Shown: piece after piece, positions 15,329 to 20,000 of the stretch
Position numbering within the stretch: position 1 is the first letter of the stretch
Layout: each line of letters opens with the position of its first letter
IMG/VR virus record: IMGVR_UViG_3300043436_000696
From: an uncultured virus (IMG/VR IMGVR_UViG_3300043436_000696)
Taxonomy: Duplodnaviria; Heunggongvirae; Uroviricota; Caudoviricetes
Reading direction: 5' to 3' (one strand)
DNA length: 20,000 bases
Translations under genes and position numbers: made by a program
The notes under the pieces: model-generated
The model's input: the letters and a program-made list of their open reading frames with translations, nothing else
What the model was told of the DNA's origin: nothing
Databases searched by the model: none

Positions 15329-16030
15329 ATGAACAATAGTACTTTACAAATTAAGTTTAAGCAGCGTCTGAATAAGCTAGATTCTATGGATTATGATAAC
15401 ATAGAATGCTGGCAAATAACAGAAGCTTTTAATAAAGCTCAGTTAGAATGGGCCCGTAGACAGTTACATGGTAACAACGGGTTAAAACAACTGCCTGAAC
15501 AAAGTATTACTGCTATTGATGATTTACAAGTTTTATTAGTACAAAGAGATTTGAAACTTAAAAACTTAGATCTGTTCTTTGAATCTTTAAAAATACCTGA
15601 TGACTACTTACATTTTGTAAGAGTTAGTGGATATGCTAGTTCAGATTGCTGCCCTAGAAGACCACTATCTATTTACCAAGCTGAAGAAGCTAACGTAGAT
15701 GTAATGTTATCAGATAGTTTTAAATCACCTTCTTTTGAATGGGCAGAAACGTTTTGTACAGTAATGGGAGATAAGATTAGAATTTATAGTGATAATAAGT
15801 TTGCTGTAGATGATGTGACTTTAACCTATTACAGAAAACCAAGAGCCGTTCAAATATTAGGTTGTGTAGATCCAGCTAACGGATTACAGTTTAAAGCTAA
15901 TCAAACCTGTGAGTTAAGAGATGATATTATAGAGATTATTATAGATGACGCTGTAGCAATATTAGCTGGAGACATGGATAATATGGGTCAGTATCAGAGA
16001 AATATTCAGAACGCACAAAGAAATAGTTAA
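15329..16030 (+). CDS. Putative head-tail ring/adaptor protein
   Basis: 233 aa. N-terminal helices (FNKAQLEW), IPDDYLHFV, LTYYRKP and CEL...IEIIIDDAV, the pattern of podovirus ring/adaptor proteins. Confidence 0.65.
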   Translation: MNNSTLQIKFKQRLNKLDSMDYDNIECWQITEAFNKAQLEWARRQLHGNNGLKQLPEQSITAIDDLQVLLVQRDLKLKNLDLFFESLKIPDDYLHFVRVSGYASSDCCPRRPLSIYQAEEANVDVMLSDSFKSPSFEWAETFCTVMGDKIRIYSDNKFAVDDVTLTYYRKPRAVQILGCVDPANGLQFKANQTCELRDDIIEIIIDDAVAILAGDMDNMGQYQRNIQNAQRNS

Positions 16031-16032
16031 TA

Positions 16033-16443
16033 ATGCAGAAGTTACAAAGACCTAGTCAAATGGGACCGTGTACAGAAACCGCAGCTATGATAGCTAATGC
16101 ACAAGCTCTTACATTGAGTATGCATCAGTTACATTTAAAAATTACAGGACCTGGTTCTTTTTCAGCTCATAAAGCTTTAAACGATTTTTATGATGGTATG
16201 CCAGGTTTAATTGATGCTGTAGCTGAGCAGTATCAAGGAGCTCGTGAGAAGCTTTTAGAGTATCCTACAGTAACACCTTATAAGTGTAAATCTGTACAAG
16301 AGGCTCTTTCTCACATGAAAGAATTATATACAGAAGTTAATGAGTTACAAAAGCTTATGCCTTTTTCAGAAGTTACAAATCAACTAGATGAGGTAAAAAG
16401 TTTAATAGCTTCAACTAAGTATAAATTAATGTTCTTAAGTTAA
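16033..16443 (+). CDS. Dps/ferritin-like protein (DUF5856-like)
   Basis: HQLHLKITGPGSFSAHKALNDFYD...IDAVAEQYQG aligns with Dps ferroxidase helices (H..H...G....H......D...E). Four-helix size. Confidence 0.8.
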   Translation: MQKLQRPSQMGPCTETAAMIANAQALTLSMHQLHLKITGPGSFSAHKALNDFYDGMPGLIDAVAEQYQGAREKLLEYPTVTPYKCKSVQEALSHMKELYTEVNELQKLMPFSEVTNQLDEVKSLIASTKYKLMFLS

Positions 16444-16481
16444 ATTTTTTATTTATTTATAACCCTTAAATTTAAAGCCCT

Positions 16482-17828
16482 ATGTATTTTCCAAATGCAT
16501 TCCGCAAGTCTTTCTTGCCTGCTAGCACAACTTTAGCTAGCTCAGGATCAACTGCTGCTTTAACTGCTGGACAAATTGGTTTCTTTGATGCCAAAACGTT
16601 TGCTGCAGTTACTGCTCAAGCTGCTCCTTTTATCTTAGCTCAAGGTTCTTACTTTACTAAAGACAAAATTGGTCCAGTTCACGGTGGATACCAAGAGTCT
16701 GTAAAGTCTAAAGTAATCAACCCTAAGTACATCAGTCGTCTTATCAAAGTTTCTGCTAAGACAGCTCAGAACCAAATTGTTAAAGTAGAAGCTAATGCTT
16801 GTGCAGGTCTTGCTTGTGATAGCACTATCCGTCTACGTCTTGACGTTAAAGGTTCTCCAGCACTTCGTTTCTTAAACCACCAGTTGTACAAAACATTGGA
16901 TGCTTACACAGGATGCTGTGATTCATCTAATAGTGCTATTGATCACACTGTGGCTCTTTTGAAATGGGCTGACCAAATCAATGAAGCTCTTTTGTTAAAA
17001 GATTTTGTACAAGCAAAAGTATGGGTTGAAGCACACGCTAGCGTAGCTATTGATCCTACCGCAGCATCTGCAACAATTGTTGTAGCTAATGCTGACCGTA
17101 CTAAGTTTACAGTTGGTGACAAGGTGGTTGCTGCTGGTATCCCTGCTAATACAGTTGTTGTATCTGTAGGTGCTGCTGATTCAGCTTCTTCTGGTAACGC
17201 TAACGTAGTTCTTAGCAAAGCTGCTACTTCTTCTACAAACGTTAATGCTGCTATTTTTGATGTTGCTACTACTGCTACTTACACTCCAGCTACTTCTAGC
17301 TTAGGTAATGTAAACAGCCACATGGACATCATCACTGCTTATGTAGACACTAAATTTGGTGACTGTACGTTTACTCCTACAGACAAGTATGATCTTGAGC
17401 CTTTGTTTGTTTATGCTTCTGTAGTTGATGAGTCTGGTGAGCCTTGTAAAGTAGAGTGTATCACTGTATCAGAAACTCAAGCTCCTGTGCAAGCTTCTGG
17501 TGTTGGTGAAACTGTATTACGTGAATTGATCTTAGATGGTCGTTATTTACAAAATGCATACCCTGATAGCTCTCGTGTAGATAGCTTACGTATGCGTGAG
17601 ATTGAAGCAGATCCTGCTTTAGCTACTGTAAATAAGGCTGGTTTATACGATCAGGTGTTAATTTTACACAACGTTCCTAGATTTAACAACCCTAGTTCTA
17701 CTTTTGATAATGATCAATATTTGATCGTGGTTCACGTACCAACTGGTACTGCAACTACTTCAATTACTAACTTCATTGCATCTAGTGCAAGTGCGGCTGG
17801 TAATGCAGTAACTTTAGAGACTGTATAG
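16482..17828 (+). CDS. Abundant virion structural protein (auxiliary capsid/cement-like) with inserted Ala/Thr-rich beta domain
   Basis: 448 aa with codon bias like MCP. Shares its leader sequence with MCP and is followed by a terminator. Confidence 0.65.
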   Translation: MYFPNAFRKSFLPASTTLASSGSTAALTAGQIGFFDAKTFAAVTAQAAPFILAQGSYFTKDKIGPVHGGYQESVKSKVINPKYISRLIKVSAKTAQNQIVKVEANACAGLACDSTIRLRLDVKGSPALRFLNHQLYKTLDAYTGCCDSSNSAIDHTVALLKWADQINEALLLKDFVQAKVWVEAHASVAIDPTAASATIVVANADRTKFTVGDKVVAAGIPANTVVVSVGAADSASSGNANVVLSKAATSSTNVNAAIFDVATTATYTPATSSLGNVNSHMDIITAYVDTKFGDCTFTPTDKYDLEPLFVYASVVDESGEPCKVECITVSETQAPVQASGVGETVLRELILDGRYLQNAYPDSSRVDSLRMREIEADPALATVNKAGLYDQVLILHNVPRFNNPSSTFDNDQYLIVVHVPTGTATTSITNFIASSASAAGNAVTLETV

Positions 17829-17848
17829 TAGAAATATACTAAAACTTG

Positions 17849-17885
17849 AAGGGAGGGTACTTATGTATCCTCCCTTTTTGTTTTT
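17849..17885 (+). terminator. Rho-independent terminator
   Basis: GGGAGGGTAC-TTAT-GTATCCTCCC followed by TTTTTGTTTTT. Confidence 0.9.
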
Positions 17886-17914
17886 GGAAAAGTCCATAAA
17901 TTATCTTATATTAT
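17883..17914 (+). promoter_or_regulatory. Bacteroidota sigma-type promoter (TTTG-N20-TATATTAT)
   Basis: TTTG at 17883-17886, a 20-nt spacer, then TATATTAT at 17907-17914. Directly after the terminator, with geometry identical to 848-879. Confidence 0.6.
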
Positions 17915-17965
17915 TTATGAGGACTACTCTTTTTTAATTAATGCAAATTTATAAAGTTTATACAT

Positions 17966-18520
17966 ATGGCTAGCAAACACCAATTAAGTTTAGAGCTACC
18001 AGAATCTAATAATATCAAGGTTTTCCGTGTATTTGATACCAGCATTTATGCTGAAGGTATGACTATTGACTGTGGTACATTACGTATAACATCTCCTGGT
18101 TTTAACTTACCAGTGTCTATAGAAACTCTACCTAACTTTAATTTAGTTCTTTCTGCATGTAGTTTAGGTCTTCAAAGGTCATCTTGTGGGGAAAATTTTC
18201 AAAATATTCCAGATGGTATTTATATAATTAACTATTCTGTTAGTCCTAATTCATCCGTATTTGTTGAATATAATTATTTAAGGACTGCTCAAACTATGAA
18301 TCAGTATTATAATATTTTAGCTTCTTTAGAATTAGCTGCTTGTGATCCAGAACCTGAGATTAAAGAAAAATTAGCTGAACTAAGAATGATAAAAAGCTTT
18401 ATTGAGGCAGCCAAAGGTAAAGTGGAATATGCTCATGAACCTGAAGCTGGTATGGAGCTATTTAGTTATGCTAAAAAAAGATTAAGTAAATTAGTAAATT
18501 CAATGGCTTGTTACACTTAA
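17966..18520 (+). CDS. Putative virion structural protein
   Basis: 184 aa. Beta-rich N-part (IPDGIYIINYSV) and helical C-part, within the structural module. Confidence 0.65.
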   Translation: MASKHQLSLELPESNNIKVFRVFDTSIYAEGMTIDCGTLRITSPGFNLPVSIETLPNFNLVLSACSLGLQRSSCGENFQNIPDGIYIINYSVSPNSSVFVEYNYLRTAQTMNQYYNILASLELAACDPEPEIKEKLAELRMIKSFIEAAKGKVEYAHEPEAGMELFSYAKKRLSKLVNSMACYT

Positions 18521-18546
18521 CTTTGTAATTATAAAAACCAACATAT

Positions 18547-18729
18547 ATGAGAACATGTACTAATTGTGGCTCTCAAATTACCTGTAGTTGTCAAGACAGG
18601 ATAGCCACTGATGGAAAAAAAGTTTGTGGTAGTTGTATTGTAACTTATGAACAACAACTTATAGCACAAAGAAACTTAGAACCTCAGATCCAGGCTAATT
18701 TAACAATGGATGAAAAATTTAACTCTTAA
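18547..18729 (+). CDS. Small Zn-finger-like protein
   Basis: 60 aa. CxxC-x5-CxC...CxxC, with an AAACCAA-N5-ATG leader. Confidence 0.7.
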   Translation: MRTCTNCGSQITCSCQDRIATDGKKVCGSCIVTYEQQLIAQRNLEPQIQANLTMDEKFNS

Positions 18730-18738
18730 GTAAAAAAG

Positions 18739-19338
18739 ATGAAAAACTTCTTATTTCATAAAACAAAACATACTATAAATTACGCTGATTCTATTTACAG
18801 GAAGTTCAGAGAGATAAGATATGGTATTAGTTCTTGTAAGCCAGAGTTAGAATCTGACTTAATATTTATGAGAAAAGAGTTAACTGATTGGCAAGCTTTT
18901 GATGATGCAGGTGCTTTAACAACATCTAATTTACAACATCAAACTTGGTTACCAGTAGAGTATGATCATAACATATACTTACATGGTGGTCATGGTTATT
19001 ATATGACTAATGAAAATATTGGTCCACAAAGATTAGCTATTAACTATCAAGTTAGTGGTGCACCTGATACAAGTGTTATTCAAGTAAATGCTCATGGAGC
19101 TGTTACTAGAATTAATCTTAGTCCAGCTATTACTATTAATAATAATATGTCTTATGTATACACTCAAGCTACTCCTGCCTTAGTATGGATAGTTGAGCAC
19201 AGAATGGGTTTCAAACCTAGTGTATTTACAGAAGATGCTACAGGAACTGATATACAAGGTGTTGTTGAATATGTTGATACTAATAACTTAAGAATTACAT
19301 TTAATCAACCTGTTGCAGGTAAAGCATATTTATCATAA
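18739..19338 (+). CDS. Putative tail/fibre-associated protein
   Basis: 199 aa. C-terminal ~60-aa beta domain (TQ.....W...H.....PSV...D......G.V.......L...F..P..GKAYL). Confidence 0.65.
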   Translation: MKNFLFHKTKHTINYADSIYRKFREIRYGISSCKPELESDLIFMRKELTDWQAFDDAGALTTSNLQHQTWLPVEYDHNIYLHGGHGYYMTNENIGPQRLAINYQVSGAPDTSVIQVNAHGAVTRINLSPAITINNNMSYVYTQATPALVWIVEHRMGFKPSVFTEDATGTDIQGVVEYVDTNNLRITFNQPVAGKAYLS

Positions 19339-19865
19339 TGGCATTACAGAAGATATACATAGACTATGACTTTAATAAGAATAGTATTCTTAATGCTAAG
19401 TTACAACCGGTAACTACTGCAGAAAGAAATACGTTAGGGTCTGGGTATAATTCTAACGATGCTGGTATTATCGTATATGATACTACATTAAAAATGGTGT
19501 ATTCATGGGACGGTAATGAATGGGATCAAGTAAGTCTATCCGATACTCAACTTGCTCAAATAACTGAGGCTTTTAATAAAACAGTAGTTGATATAACTGT
19601 AACATCTGATAATGAGAATAGAACTATTATTCTTACATATAGAGACACACTTTCTATACAAGAGACATACAAGTTTTCTCATATTCATACTCAAACAGTT
19701 TCATCTTCTACATGGACCATTACACATAATTTAAATAAATACCCATCTGTTTCTGTAGTTGATTCAAGCAATGAAGAGGTTATTGGGGAAGTGCAACATA
19801 TTAATTCTAATTCATTAACAGTTAAATTTTCTGCACCATTTAGTGGGAAAGCATTTTTAAACTAA
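19338..19865 (+). CDS. Putative tail/fibre-associated protein
   Basis: 175 aa. Contains the TTAERNTL...GIIVYDTT...WDG..W fibre-type motif and the same C-terminal beta domain as the upstream gene. Confidence 0.7.
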   Translation: MALQKIYIDYDFNKNSILNAKLQPVTTAERNTLGSGYNSNDAGIIVYDTTLKMVYSWDGNEWDQVSLSDTQLAQITEAFNKTVVDITVTSDNENRTIILTYRDTLSIQETYKFSHIHTQTVSSSTWTITHNLNKYPSVSVVDSSNEEVIGEVQHINSNSLTVKFSAPFSGKAFLN

Positions 19866-19881
19866 TTATAATACAAATACT

Positions 19882-20000
19882 ATGTCTAAAAAGTTTTTAA
19901 CCAATCTGGACCTCACACAAAACCAGATTTTAAACGTAGCGGTTCACAACAAAGTTGGTCCACCGTCTAGTCCAGTAGTTGGTCAAATCTATTTTGACAC
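19882..20000 (+). CDS. Partial fibre-like protein (runs off window end)
   Basis: MSKKFLTNLDLTQNQILNVAVHNKVGPPSSPVVGQIYFD..., open to the window edge. Confidence 0.75.
   Translation, partial: MSKKFLTNLDLTQNQILNVAVHNKVGPPSSPVVGQIYFD

Noticed and set aside
1152..17218. Antisense or alternate-frame ORFs in the track (1152-1337, 3267-3479, 4615-4881, 4815-5000, 7537-7815, 9580-9858, 10133-10351, 10620-10823, 11193-11480, 14371-14691, 16943-17218)
   Set aside because: All lie within well-supported plus-strand genes, have no recognisable motifs or leaders, and look like shadow ORFs.
1..20000. Stop-codon reassignment (TAG=Gln or TGA=Trp) as in some crAss-like phages
   Set aside because: TerL, portal and MCP are full-length in the standard code. 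TAG ends MCP and the 448-aa gene just before hairpins, TGA ends the Cys-rich gene in an ATGA overlap, and the tRNA is not a suppressor.

Overview
AT-rich dsDNA phage segment that looks like a crAss-like (Crassvirales-type) Bacteroidota phage. This assignment is inferred from protein motifs, gene order, the absence of Shine-Dalgarno sequences and Bacteroidota-style promoters. Bases 1-672 hold the start of a minus-strand array of small genes with a repeated cassette design: the motif ACCCCTGA lies 21-22 nt before each ATG, and a long hairpin overlaps each complete gene's stop codon. A non-coding G/C-tract region (~673-850) marks the strand switch. The plus strand then encodes small hypothetical proteins, a GNAT acetyltransferase, a wHTH protein, an HU/IHF-like protein, a Cys-rich protein, a PD-(D/E)XK nuclease, a SET-domain protein and a probable small terminase. 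These are followed by an unusual class II-shaped tRNA with an Asp anticodon, then large terminase, portal, scaffold-like protein, major capsid protein, a structured intergenic RNA, further virion genes, a Dps/ferritin-like gene and the start of fibre-like genes. The standard genetic code fits throughout. The best candidates for novel biology are the early-gene cassette/promoter architecture, the chimeric tRNA(GUC) with an 11-bp variable arm, an anticodon-less tRNA-like fold after the capsid gene, a GNAT+SET+HU cluster, and a mini-protein ending in an SSB-tail mimic.
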